Program-made: the position numbers and the translations under genes
NCBI RefSeq assembly: GCF_000143415.4
Contig: NW_003314265.1
Location: forward strand, 3,277,383 to 3,341,382
Reading direction: 5' to 3'
DNA: 64,000 bases
Source: Selaginella moellendorffii
Lineage: Eukaryota > Plantae > Lycopodiophyta
Part shown: in pieces, positions 35,775 to 47,852 of the stretch
How the letters are laid out: the number at the start of each line of letters is the position of its first letter
Position numbering within the stretch: the first letter of the stretch is position 1
The notes under the pieces: model-generated
Database searches by the model: none
What the model was told of the DNA's origin: nothing
The model's input: the letters and a program-made list of their open reading frames with translations, nothing else

Positions 35775-37631
35775 AAGAGTGATTATTGGTTTAAAAGTAA
35801 TGATTACTTGTAGATTTTATTGAGGACTTTTGATACTTCCTTTACTTGATAATGATTTAATGGTGATGGGCTTACTTTATCGAATGGTATTGCAGAGGCT
35901 TGTATTGTTAAACTTACATAATTTTTCCATGCTAGCATGTCGATTTTACCTTTATCAATATTATTTGATTGTATTTAGTCCATAGCATTAGATTTCATTG
36001 AGTCTTGGATGTAGTGATTCACTCCTTGATGAAATGTTATCTTAAACTAAGTATAATTGAAAGATTGGTCTCGAATATTGACTAAGGTATCTTTGACTTG
36101 GGTTAATTTGGTTATTAAAGAGCTTTGAGTGGTGATTTGCTCTTACTTTCTTCTAACTTGTTTTGGTGTTGATAGTATTGAAGTGATATCTTAATGTTGA
36201 TATTATTGGCATTGGGATTAGAGTGAGATGAGATGTCTCTCCATAGGACTGATATTGAGTTTTATAATCTTGAAGCAGATAATGTTAATGATTTTGTTGT
36301 AACTTTGTATTATTTAGCATTCATACATTTGTTAGTTAACAATTATGTTAGTGTTCAAATGAGTTAAATAGCAAGTTGAGTTAGTTTTGTTCTAGGCGAG
36401 ATTGTTTAGTAGGAGTTAAGCTTTATGCTTTTTTTGGAAAAGTGATTTAGTTGTGGACTATATTAGCTTTACGAGAGAAAGAGTTAATGGTTGATATTGG
36501 AGTTATTTATTCCTTATTAGATTTAAATTGAGAATATATTGATCATTAATGATTCTTTTTGTATTTGTTATGAAATGAATTATATCTTGCTATAAAAGAT
36601 GGATTTATAAAGGATTGTTTAGTGATCACTTGTTAACATACTTCATTAGATTTAGCTTTTAGATTGATACAAACATGTTTTTCATTATGCTTTTATGTTA
36701 TGAAATTTAGCTTATAGATGTGTTGAGGAGGATATTGGGTTGTACCATGATTTCTTCTTTAACATTGAAGTTAGTTTATATGAAACTTATGATCATTGTT
36801 AAATGAGACTTGGGTATAGGCTTCTTCAAACTTTTGGTTCTTTGAGTTTTATACTTATTGTTAAAAGTTATTAGGAAAGGCATTTTAGCTCATTAGTTTT
36901 GATGTTGAAGGTGGTAATTTGTATTTAGTAATCATTGATGATAATTGATTGTCATCTAGGATATTTAATTATCCTTGTTAAAAAGTTTTGCTTGATTATT
37001 GTTGATATAAAATGATTTACCATTCTTCAGGATAGTAAATTCTTTCCTCAACAATGATTCTACATGTCTTTATTGATAAGATGATTGATAATATTTCATT
37101 ATTGTTAATTATTTTTATTGATGGCTTATAGCTTTTCATATTACCACATATTCTTTGTGGTTTTCTTTGAATTAGTCTCTTGGATTTGAGATATTAGTAG
37201 GATGTTGCTGATGTTTGCTTAAGCAACTTGAATTCTTTGGTGTTATTGACCAGGATCTATTCAAATTGGTTAGTGCAATAGTTGGCATAAACAATTGTTT
37301 GTTAATCTTGTTGCATTCATTTTGTTCTGTTAATTATTGCTAAATTTAGTTCTGATAGGTTGGATGTTATTTCCCTTAGGTGATAAATTCATGAACATTT
37401 TGTTTGCCAAGTCGATGATACTTTGTGTTTTTTAGTTATTTCTTATAAATTATTTAGCATATTATTTATAGTCTTTAATAGTTAAATTTTATCATTAAGT
37501 GTCCTTAATAGTATATTTGTTATTGAATTTTGTTAGATAGTTAATCCTATGCCTTCAAACTATAGTGATCTTGGTGGTGTTGTATACTTAATACTAGTTT
37601 ATTAGATGATAACTTACTTGAAATACATTGT

Positions 37632-38100
37632 TTAAACCAAATGGCATCACTTGTAGAAACCAAACGGTGTACAAAAAGTAGTGTCAAGAATATCTTCTTT
37701 GGGCATCGATACTTGCTAGTACCAAAAAACAAGATCTAACTTGGTGAATTAATGCCTTCTTCCAGACGATCGAAAAGATCAGTAGTGTGAGGAAGAGGGT
37801 ACATATCTGAAATCATTACTTCATTTAACAGATGATAGTCAATGCAGAAATGAATACTCCCATCAAGCTTCATCACAAAATAAGGTTCACATACCTAAGA
37901 ACTTTGCAACTTTCAAATAACACCCTTTTCCATCATCTCCTTGATATTTACACTTAAAATTTAATCTCTTTATGACAAATATGAATCTTAATTGGATGAG
38001 CATCCCTAGTTAAAATTGGATAATGTGTTGCAATCTTGGTTCTAAATGACAGGTTAAATTCAAAGAGATCGGCATACTTTTTCATGAGCTAGTCAACCAC
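37632..38100 (-). mobile_element. Ty3/gypsy reverse-transcriptase remnant
   Basis: Minus-strand translation VMKLDGSIHFCIDYHLLNEVMISDMYPLPHTTDLFDRL...TKLDL...EDILDTTFCTPFGFY matches the gypsy RT N-terminus; frameshifts and stops present. Confidence 0.85.
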
Positions 38101-38770
38101 TACAACCCAAAGATTGTTAGAGGGATCGAAAAAGGGAAGAAAGGAACAAGACAGAAGTATATGACGAAGTAATGGGGAAACAAAAGTGATGGAAGCAAAA
38201 ATAGAAGCAGAGGGATAAAGAGGTACAAAAGTGAGAGGAATAAAAAAAATATAAAGAAGTATGAAATAAAGGGAAGAAGTCTCAAAATCATATCTAGTAT
38301 GATTATCCTACAACCAATTTATACTAAGGATGAGGTCAAAAGTTTGACTCGGCACCACCTATAATGATTGCAACTCAAGCTCGAGATTGCTCACATGCAC
38401 AACTAGGTTTGCCTCATCCCATGCATATATGTGTGTACGGCCGTTGCCATAAAGAATGAAAACTGGCTTTGCCATATAACATAAATATAAATGGTAACAT
38501 GTGGTAGTAGACTGAGCAATAGAAGATAAACTTAAGCTTATATCAACCAAAATAAAGAGAAAAATATAAGATCTTTTGTTATAAAAACAAGTCTGGAAAG
38601 TAAATATTGGATGAATTAGTGCCAAGTGAACTCTTTAATGATACTCCTGAAAAAAATATAAAAGAGTTATTGACTTATTCGAGCAAGGTCCCTCCACTAC
38701 TCGTGTAACTCTTTGTTTCCCAAAAGCATCTCAATGTCTAGACTTTCCACTGCAATAACACCAATATAAC

Positions 38771-39365
38771 AGTAAGCTTTTGAGTTTTGGATTTCCCAAA
38801 AGGTCACCCAGCCCAGTACTATTCAAACTCAAGGATGCTTAACCTTAAATATCCCAAGACCCTTAACTGATTGGAAAAGGGGGTGCACTCTTATTCATGG
38901 GCCATTTCCCTTTATATTTGAACTTTATGAATTATCTCTCAAGTCGTTCTCTTTGGTTACTTACAAACCACTACATTTCTTTGCAAATTCACGCCCTTGT
39001 GAATGGAAGTTGAGAGTCACAGCTCTTCTGAGAGCCCCGCACTCTTGACACTCTACCCCTCGTGTCGAGCCTAGCGGGAGCAAACTGGACTAACAAAATG
39101 TTAATTAACATATGGTGTGATTCCCCTAGCAAATCAATAGAGTTGGACCCAAGACCTCTTCAATACCAAATGTAAGATCTTGAGTTTTAGACTTTCCGGG
39201 AAGTCACCCAGTTTAGTATTATTCAAACTCAAGAACGTTTAAACCCAAATATCCCAAGACTTTTAACCGATTGGAAAAGGGGGTGCACTCTTATTCATGG
39301 ACCTTTTTCCTCTATATTTGAACTCCATAGATCATCTTTCAAATCGTTCTCTTTAGTTGTTTACA
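38771..39365 (-). mobile_element. Complete Cassandra-like TRIM (595 bp) with 5S rRNA-derived A/IE/C-box core in the LTRs
   Basis: Two 195-bp LTRs (38771-38965, 39171-39365), PBS-like tggtattgaagag, 205-bp non-coding interior. The LTR segment GGTTAAGCATCCTTGAGTTTGAATAGTACTGGGCTGGGTGACCTTTTGGGAAATCC matches the plant 5S rRNA internal promoter region at about 43/56 ungapped (reference recalled from memory). Confidence 0.85.
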
Positions 39366-40244
39366 AGAATGTTGTTGATGCTAAGGTCTCCACCTAAGAA
39401 ATGAAGGTTGCCAATCAAGAAAATGCTAATAATGCTGATAAGTATGATCAACTTCACACACCCAGTAATAGATATCACGGCTATGATCACATCCTTGCCC
39501 TTGTCCTTGAATTCGGGCAGCAATAATATTAACCTCCATTAAAATAGGACCATCTCCTATAAAAAGTGGAAAAGGTGACATTTCATAACGTTATGTAAAG
39601 CAAAGAGCATCGTCAAGGGTGGTTGGAGCAAGTGCATGCACAAGTCCTAACAAAATTTTGACAAAATGCTAGCCACAACATTTCTAACTTGCTCTGCTCC
39701 AGGCATATCAATAAACACTTCTTGTGTGTGTTCAAGGTGCAATAGTGGGTTTTACACTTAAAGTTTTTATTAGTATAGCCTATACTAGGTTCTTTCAACA
39801 AGCTTTTACAAGCTAATTTCTAATTTTATACTCTAGCAATAAGTATGCACTTTTTTTTGAATGCTTATTTGTGTATGATTTCACCGATAAGGAAAAAAAT
39901 GTATGAGCCTTCAATTGTATAGCATAAAAATAAAAAGATTGGCTCTAAGAAGACAAAAAACAAACCTAAATCCTCTTTAGAAAATTATATTGATCAAATA
40001 AGTATCATGACACAACTCTACTCCTAATCATCTATTGCTAGGCCCACTTTCCTGATGGAGATGTTGCAACCTTTGCATAAGCTGCAAAATCTTTTATGTT
40101 GACTTCACTTTTATTCTATAGTAAGGTGGCAACAACTTTTATAGAAGAGATATTTTGGGGCAATTTGAGTAGGATTTGATTAAGGAATAAAGCAATATAT
40201 CATATTAATCTAGGTCACTTCTTTTTTAGACTATCATTATTTTT

Positions 40245-40687
40245 ATAGTGCATGACAGTGATTTATTATAGGATAACCACAAAGTGGACATATATGCCAA
40301 AAGAATGGAATGGGACCCAAGTTTTAAGGCCTTAAACCACTAAATGAAGGGATAAAGCTAAACTTCCAAATATATAACTAAAGAATGAAGAAGTTAAAGC
40401 ATGGAATAACTTTTGAGTGAATAGCCAAGAAACTAAAGAGGAAAAGAATAAGAGCATAGAGCAATTTCGAATAATTCTAGAACAATTAGCATTCCAATGC
40501 CAAAATTAATACACAAAATAAAGCCAAACAAAACTATTTCAACATATTAATATAAGGATATAAATATTCCATCAATTATATGGAGTTTAAATTTAGACCA
40601 AAGCCAAATATAGAATAAAAACAAACACACCTAATAATGAGCCAAATAATGTCTTAAATTAGTTCATCATGTCCAACTTACCCACTA
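40245..40687 (-). mobile_element. Highly degenerate LTR fragment of the LARD-like family; target of the Helitron
   Basis: Colinear with LTR 28519-29046; ends at cccacta and resumes after the Helitron as tccttatata (consensus tccctactata). Confidence 0.75.
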
Positions 40688-40781
40688 TCTATACATATAA
40701 AGGGATAGTGGGGAGGCTCGCCGGCCGTTGGATCCCAGGCCCGGGCCAGGGTCGGTAGCCATGGTTGCGCGAGAAATTTTT

Positions 40782-41601
40782 CTGATGTTTGCTCCCGGCC
40801 AATGGGAGGCGGCCAAGCCGCGTGGGGCGGGAGAAGAAGGCACAGCGACACGTGTGCCAGTGGTGTCCTGCCCCCGTGCCCATTCTTCTGAATGCCTCGA
40901 CTGGCTCGACACGCAGGAGCCAGACTCAGTCCTCTATGTCGCATTCGGCAGCATAGCGAAGCTTTCGCAGGAGGAATTCGAGGAGCTCGCGCTCGGTTTG
41001 GAGGCGAGCAAGGTGCCGTTCTTGCTCACAGTCAGGCCGCCCCAGTTCGTGGACGAGGGCGACACGACAGTCCTGGTGAAGAACAGTGACTTCTACAAGA
41101 ACTTCGTCGAGCGGACCAAGGGACGAGGCCTGGTGGTTTCATGGGCGCCGCAGAGAGAAGTTCTGGCGCACAGGGCAGTGGCTGGATTTGTGAGCCACTG
41201 CAGATGGAACTCGGTCCTGGAGAGCGGCTCCAGCGGCGTGCCGATCATCTGCTGGCCTCGGATATAGGCTCAACCGCAAGATCATGGCGGAGAGGTGCCG
41301 CATCGGGGTGGAAGTTTCGGACGGGAGGAGCTCCGATGCGTTTGTGAAGCGGGAGGAGATTGCTGAGGCCATTGCGAGGATCTTTAGCGACAAAGCTCGA
41401 AAGGCGAGAGCGAGGGAATTCAGGGACGCGGCGAAAAAGGCAGCGGCGTCGGGTGGTGGCTCTCGGAATAACCTGATGCTGTTCACAGACTTGCTGATGT
41501 TTGCTCCCGGCCAATGGGAGGAGGCCAAGCCGCGTGGGGCGGGAGAAGAAGGCACAGCGACACGTGTGCCAGTGGTGTCCTGCCCCCGTGCCCGTTCTTC
41601 T
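40782..41601 (+). repeat. 108-bp direct repeat (40782-40889 and 41494-41601, 2 mismatches) bracketing the captured UGT
   Basis: Direct comparison: ctgatgtttgctcccggccaatggg...gtgccc(a/g)ttcttct. Confidence 0.95.
40890..41493 (+). pseudogene. Helitron-captured C-terminal half of a family-1 UDP-glycosyltransferase
   Basis: CLDWLDTQEPDSVLYVAFGS, PSPG box WAPQREVLAHRAVAGFVSHCRWNSVLES..GVPIICWP, frameshift at about 41265, C-terminal GGGSRNNL. Confidence 0.92.
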
Positions 41602-42202
41602 TAGCTCGCCCTGGATGCCCTGCCGCAATTGAGCTAACGCTTGCTTGCCGGATCAGTGGCAATCGCAGCAATTGTGCTTCTTCCTGCAAAGGTCTGTGTT
41701 CACAGTCAGCCCGGCAGCCGCTAATTTGGCCCCCAACCCCAACAATCTAGATTTTTGTGTGCTGTGAAAATTTGAAATGTCTTCATTTGGGTTTGTGGAT
41801 GCTATCCAGTGGCAGAGCTGAAGCCAGAGCCAGCCTTCACAGCCAGAACCATCAGAGAGTTTGCAGTCGCTGTCCTTTTGCGAGAGAGAACAAGCCCAAG
41901 GTGAGTTCTCTAACTTGCAAACCCCACCCACCTCTCACAGTTGCTCACCACGCCCTGGAAAAGGTGTGCCAGTCCTGTGTCTAGGTTTTATTGGTTGCTA
42001 GATTAGTCTCTTTTGTTTACAGATTAAGGTGTGTACAGATTGTGCTCTCATTGTATAGTCTTCGTTTTTATTTTTTTTAAATTTTTTTTCCAGTGTAAGA
42101 AGAAGGCGAGTTCTGGCTTTTACTTAGAATCTCTGAATATTTTAAGATAAGTGCTTTGACACTAAATATGTTATTTCATCTCATTTATCATCCCTAGCAA
42201 AT

Positions 42203-45200
42203 ATGCCTCGGCTTCGCGAAGTATTAAGAGGCATACGTCACCATTTGCCTCCAACTATTGACACTAGCACATATAATCATATTCACAACAACCTTGCATA
42301 TGGTAATGAAGAAACTAATCTAGACCTTGAACATGCTATTGCAAAAATTACTTCAAATCTTGACAATGCTAATACAAACATAGCATATGCTGATGAAGGT
42401 CATACAAATATAAACCTTGAAAATGCTAATGAAACTAATACAAATACATGTAATCATCACAGTTATACTATCTATAAATTAGCACATCAAAAGAATTATA
42501 ATGACCATACAATACAACTGTTTAATATTGGAAATATGTCATCCGTATGTGTCTTTTGTGGTGCATTACATTTTGAAAATGAGTCAAGATCAATGTGCTG
42601 CCAGAATGGAAAGGTTTCCCTTCCCCAGCTTTCATCTTTACCTACTATATTGTGTATGCTTTTTAATGAAAATAGAAACTCCAATTTTAAAATTAACATA
42701 AGAAATTTCAACAGTGCTTTGGCTTTTGCATCAATGGGTGCTAATATTGATAGTTTAAGTGGTAAAGGCCCATATTGCTTTAGAATACATGGTCAAATTT
42801 ATCACAAAATTGCTTCAGCATATCCTGCAGCTAACGTGCCACCATCATATGGACAACTTTACATGCTTGACGCTTCTGAGGCTACAAATATTAGAAAGCA
42901 AAACCCATTCAACACAAATTGTGATTCTAATTTATTATTACAATTAGATAACTTGCTAAGAACAATAAACCCGTATGCACAAGCTTTTCAAATGATGTAT
43001 AATCTTGAATCACAAGAACAACATCGCTCAATTTGCAATGGAACCCCAAAACGTGGTGTTTACATGATTGTTAGAAGTGAAAGTACTAATCTACATCGTT
43101 ATAATTTGCCACAGACTAATGATGTTGCTATTGTTTTCGCTATTGATGAGGGTGAGCCATCTCTTGATAGAGAAATATGCATACATCCATATAACTCACA
43201 GCCAATAAAAATCTCTATTCGTAATGAAAATTGTGATCCTATAGTTTATCCTTTACTTTTACCATTTGGTGATAAAGGTTGGCATGAAAAAATCTATTAC
43301 AATGAGTCACATGTAATGCTACTCCAGTACTATGCATATCGATTATCTCAACGAGATAGCATTGGCAACTCTTTCCTTTATGATCAATTGCTACATGCTG
43401 GGAAACTCACTCAACAATTTATAGTTGATGCTTATGTAAAGGTTGAATCTAACAACCTTAATTTCTTTCGCACTCATCAAAAACACTTAAAAGTGGATTA
43501 CTACACAGGTCTTATGGACTATGTTAGCAACAGAGCTACTACTAATAATGTTGAACTTGGAAAAATTGTAATTTTGCCTTCTACATTTCCTGGTAGCCCA
43601 CGAGCAATGCAACAACATTATCAAGATGCTATTGCTATTGTCACACATTTTGGAAAACCTGACTTATTTATTACATTTACATGCAACCCAAAGTGGCCTG
43701 AAATTGTGCAAAATTTACAGCTGAATGAATCACCTGAGGATCGACCTGATTTTATTTCAAGAGTTTTCAACTTAAAGCTTAAAGAATTCCTACATGACAT
43801 AAGTATTAAAGGAATTTTTGGGAAGTGCATCGCATATGTTTATGTTATTGAATTCCAGAAAAGAGGTTTGCCTCATTGTCATTTCTTAGCAATGTTATCA
43901 AGCGAAGATAAGATAAGAAATCGAGACTCAGTTGATGAATTTGTCACTGCACAGTTGCCACACCCATTGTTAGAACCAGAATTGCATAACATAATTATAT
44001 ATCATATGATACATGGTCCATGTGGTAATTTAAATCCTAGAAGCCCTTGCATGGAAAATAACAAATGCCCTAAGAATTATCCAAAAGAATTTAATGTTGA
44101 AACCATTTATTGTGTTGATGGTTATCCTGATTACTACCGTCCCAATAATGGGCGCACTTTCATAAAAAATGGTTGTACTATTGACAACAGATGGGTTGTT
44201 CTTTATAATAAATACCTTTGTAAGAAATATCAAGCACACATCAATGTAGAGATCTGCGCTTCTATTAAAAGTATTAAATATTTATTTCAATATGTATACA
44301 AAGGTTATGACTGTGCAACATTAGAATTCCTAATTGCATTTGAAGAACGAGGGACTTTAAATTGGGACGAAATCTCAAGTTTTGTCGATGCTCGATATAT
44401 TTCTGCTTCTGAAGCCATGTGGCATATATTTAAGTTTCATATGCATGATAAATCACTAACTATTATACGTCTTCCAGTTCATTTACCCAATTTTCAAAAC
44501 GTTTATTTCAGACCAGGTCATGAACAAGAAGCACTAGAAAGAGCCACTCAAAATGGAACAATGCTTACACAATGGTTCAATTTAAACATGCAAGATACTA
44601 ATGCAAGGCAATATACATATGCTCAAATTCCATTACATTACACATATAACAAATCCTCTCATAAATGGCAATTACGCCAGCGAAAAGCTAAACTCATACC
44701 AAGAATGTATTCCATATCTCCTTTTAATAGTGAGTTATAAGCAAAGGTGCTATATCATTTGAGGATATATGTACTATCGAAGGTGTTACTTTCTCCTCTT
44801 TTAAACAAGCAGCTATGGCAATGGGACTTTTAGCAGATGATTCACAATGGCAACACTGCATGCAAGAAGCTTCTACTTTTAAAATGCCATCCCAATTAAG
44901 ACAGTTATTTGTTTTTATTTGTTTGTATTGTTCACCAAAAGATCCAAATCTATTATGGGATCAATTCAAAATTGATATGTTTGAGGATTATGCTAGAAAT
45001 GACATAAACTATTTTGATATTGCTTTAGTCGATATTAATTCAAAATTCCAACTACACAATAAATCTAATTGTGATTTTGGTTTACCACTCCCAACTCTTA
45101 CTCCTATTATCAAACACATGCTTAATACAGAGATCCCTGACCCATCACAAGACCAAATAAATGCAAACATAAATCAATTCAGTTATGAACAACGTTATAT

Positions 45201-46560
45201 TTTTGAACTCATTATAAATGCCATTGATACTAACCAACATCAATGTTTCTTTATTGATGGACCTGGTGGTATTGGAAAAAAATTTCTACTTAATACCATC
45301 ATTACAGCATTACAATTAAAAAAAATAAAAGTAATCAGTATGGCATGGACTGGGATTGCAAACATTTTGCTAAAATATGGTCAAACGGCACATATGACTT
45401 TTAAACTTCCTGTTCCGTTAAATGAAACTTCTGTCTCTGCTTTAACAATTAATAGTGATGCTGGAAAAACCATTAAACAAGCAAATGTTCTCATATGGGA
45501 TGAAATTAGTATGGTTCATACACATGCTTTCTCTGTGGTTGATAAATGTTTAAAACATCTCAAATGTAATTCTAAACCATTTGGAGGCGTTATAGTGATT
45601 ACAAGTGGTGACTTTCGTCAAACCCTTCCTATTGTTCCCCATGGCCATAGAACCTCTATTATTTCAAGCTCAGTTAAAATGAATAGACTATGGTCATTCT
45701 TTACAACACTAACATTAACAAAGAACATGCATTCAAGTAATCTTTGTTTTTCTGAATGGCTTCTCAAACTTGGCAATGGTGATAGTAGTTTACAGTTGCC
45801 ATGTCTCCCACCAGATATTATCAAAATACCACATGCATTATCTATCACTACATCTGTTGTAAACTTTGTTTTCCCAAATACCGATGATATTATAAATACT
45901 TATACAGCTGCATCAAAGGTTATTCTCACCCCACTCAATGACGACACATTCAGAATAAATAATGACATTGTTAAAAGACTATCAGGTGATCCATATGTTT
46001 ATTTGAGCATTGACACAGTTGACTCAGATCACCTAGAAGAGTTCCCAATTGAATTCTTAAATTCAATCACCCCATCGGGACTACCACCACACAAATTAAT
46101 TCTAAAATAAAATGTGATTTTGATTCTTCTTAGGAACATATCTCCACAAATTGGTTTATGCAATGGCACTCGCCTCATTCTCAAGCAAGCATCTCAAAAC
46201 ATTTTAGATTGTGAAATTATCACAGGACAATTCAAGGGATCACGAGTTTTTATTCCACGTATTACCCTTACACCTTCTGATGTTGAAATCCCTTTCAAGA
46301 TGTCTCGAAGACAATTCCCAATTCGTCTGGGTTATTGCTTAACTATTTCTAAAGCCCAAGGCCAAACTTTCGACCGTGTTGGCATTTACCTCCCCCAACC
46401 TATTTTCACACATGGTCAACTTTATGTTGCTCTGTCAAGGTGTAGATCACCTGAACAACTTCGTGTTCAAGTGCTTGCAACCCCCCTTCAAGGCAATCTT
46501 ATACCACATAATCAACACTTTTACACTGTGAATACAGTTTATGCTGAAATTCTTAAGTAG
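42203..46560 (+). pseudogene. Helitron RepHel transposase (HUH Rep + PIF1-like SF1B helicase), disrupted
   Basis: Rep motifs PDLFITFTCNPKW, IEFQKRGLPHCH, KYLFQYVYKG; helicase motifs FFIDGPGGIGK, IWDEISM, GDFRQTLP, TISKAQGQT, HGQLYVALSR. Frameshifting deletion at about 44740 (YLRLLL segment missing) and in-frame TAA at 46108-46110. Confidence 0.95.
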
Positions 46561-47852
46561 ACTGACAAAAACATGGCACAATTCTATATCCAACCATGAA
46601 GTTGTGAGTTTCAAATGCACACCACAACAAAGCTGGCATTGACAAGTGTGCCTTGGGTGCTGTCCCATTTTGGTTATGGCATGTGCTATTTAGTTGCTAA
46701 TGGCAGAGGTACAGTTTTCATCCTATTGCTTTTTGAGTGCAGCTCTCATTGCAATATAATGGTTTCTCGCTCATCCCAGGAACCTCTCTAGCAGGCTGAG
46801 GAGCAAGTACCAACACTTGCACCAAAGATGGACTTGGAAGTATTCTTTGGGCTTTTTGTGTTCAAAATGGAGGAATGCAACTCAATAGTTATCTAATCTA
46901 GCTTATATAATGTTCATAACACATTTGGTTATGAGAATGTCTTTCAATTGTGGAGTTGATCAAACAGCAAACATAGCTAAGCTTAGAAAACCTCTTCAAA
47001 TGGCATCAAATTTGCCAACCACCCAGCATTTGCTGGGCAATTGCTAGTCCTTATATAATGTGCTTCTTAAAGTTTTAACACTAGCAAGAGAAGATCTCCA
47101 TGCTTATATACTCACTTGATAGTGTTCATGATTGTGATGAGAAGTCTATTGCCATCATTTGCATAGATTGTTAGTCCTAGGAGCTTGCCATTAGCAGTGA
47201 TGATATTTTTCCAATCTCCTCACCATGGAGTGGGGAGCTTAGGAATTCTTCATGCCCACCAGGTTTTTTGACCAGATGGAGAAGCACAGCAACATCATGG
47301 CTAGCACTTTTACTGAGCTATTCAATGAGCTTTCAAAGCTCTTTATAAGGTCTTGAATGGGAAGGTCTCTGATAGATGACAATGGCTTCATAGACAGTAA
47401 CTCAAAGCCACAATGTGTGTATCCTAACATAGTTTAGTTGTAGAGAAATGCTTGAGAGGATACTGCTGCAACAAGGGAGTTCATAATTGCCAGATTCCAC
47501 TACTGTGACACAATCACAGGAAGTTTTGGAACTTGGCCTTCATCACCAGTGTACCAACATCTACGGATGGGAAGTCCCAATGTGGTCCTCGCAGCGGGCT
47601 TGGGTGTGGCAAGGGAATCGCTATTGACTTGGAAATTCTGGATAGATCAGTTCTTGTGCTCTTGCAAGGGGGATGGTCCTGTGGAGGTTTGGGCCTGGAT
47701 TACAAGTGTAGCCCCAAAAAAGTCCAGCACAAGGAAACCAACTGATGAAGCAAGTTGATCCAGAACTTTTATTAGGTTTTTTTTTTGCAAAACTTCATTA
47801 AAAATTTATTTATAAAGGTATTATGCAATTTTAGAACTTTGTGAAATTGAAT

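Larger units (their letters stand above)
24271..37631 (+). mobile_element. Older copy of the LARD-like element in opposite orientation, hosting three nested insertions
   Basis: 5' LTR 24271-27681 (tgttgtgaatgtga...tgttaca) is split by insertions at 24798-25297 and 25362-27096. PBS tggtattaaaga at 27684. The internal region 27682-28513 resumes at 35780 and is the reverse complement of the young element's internal region. Confidence 0.8.
40688..47047 (+). mobile_element. Helitron (6360 bp), intact termini, defective RepHel, captured UGT fragment
   Basis: 5' TC (tctatacatataaa) directly after host A; 3' hairpin cccagca-tt-tgctggg (47022-47037), then CTAG, then host T; no TSD; RepHel inside. Confidence 0.92.

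Noticed and set aside
38789-38869. 5S rRNA gene
   Set aside because: Only the internal promoter portion is present, diverged and embedded in TRIM LTRs.
47048-47750. Possible integrase remnant on the minus strand
   Set aside because: Only faint resemblance (AFLYN...GFELL); too degenerate to call.
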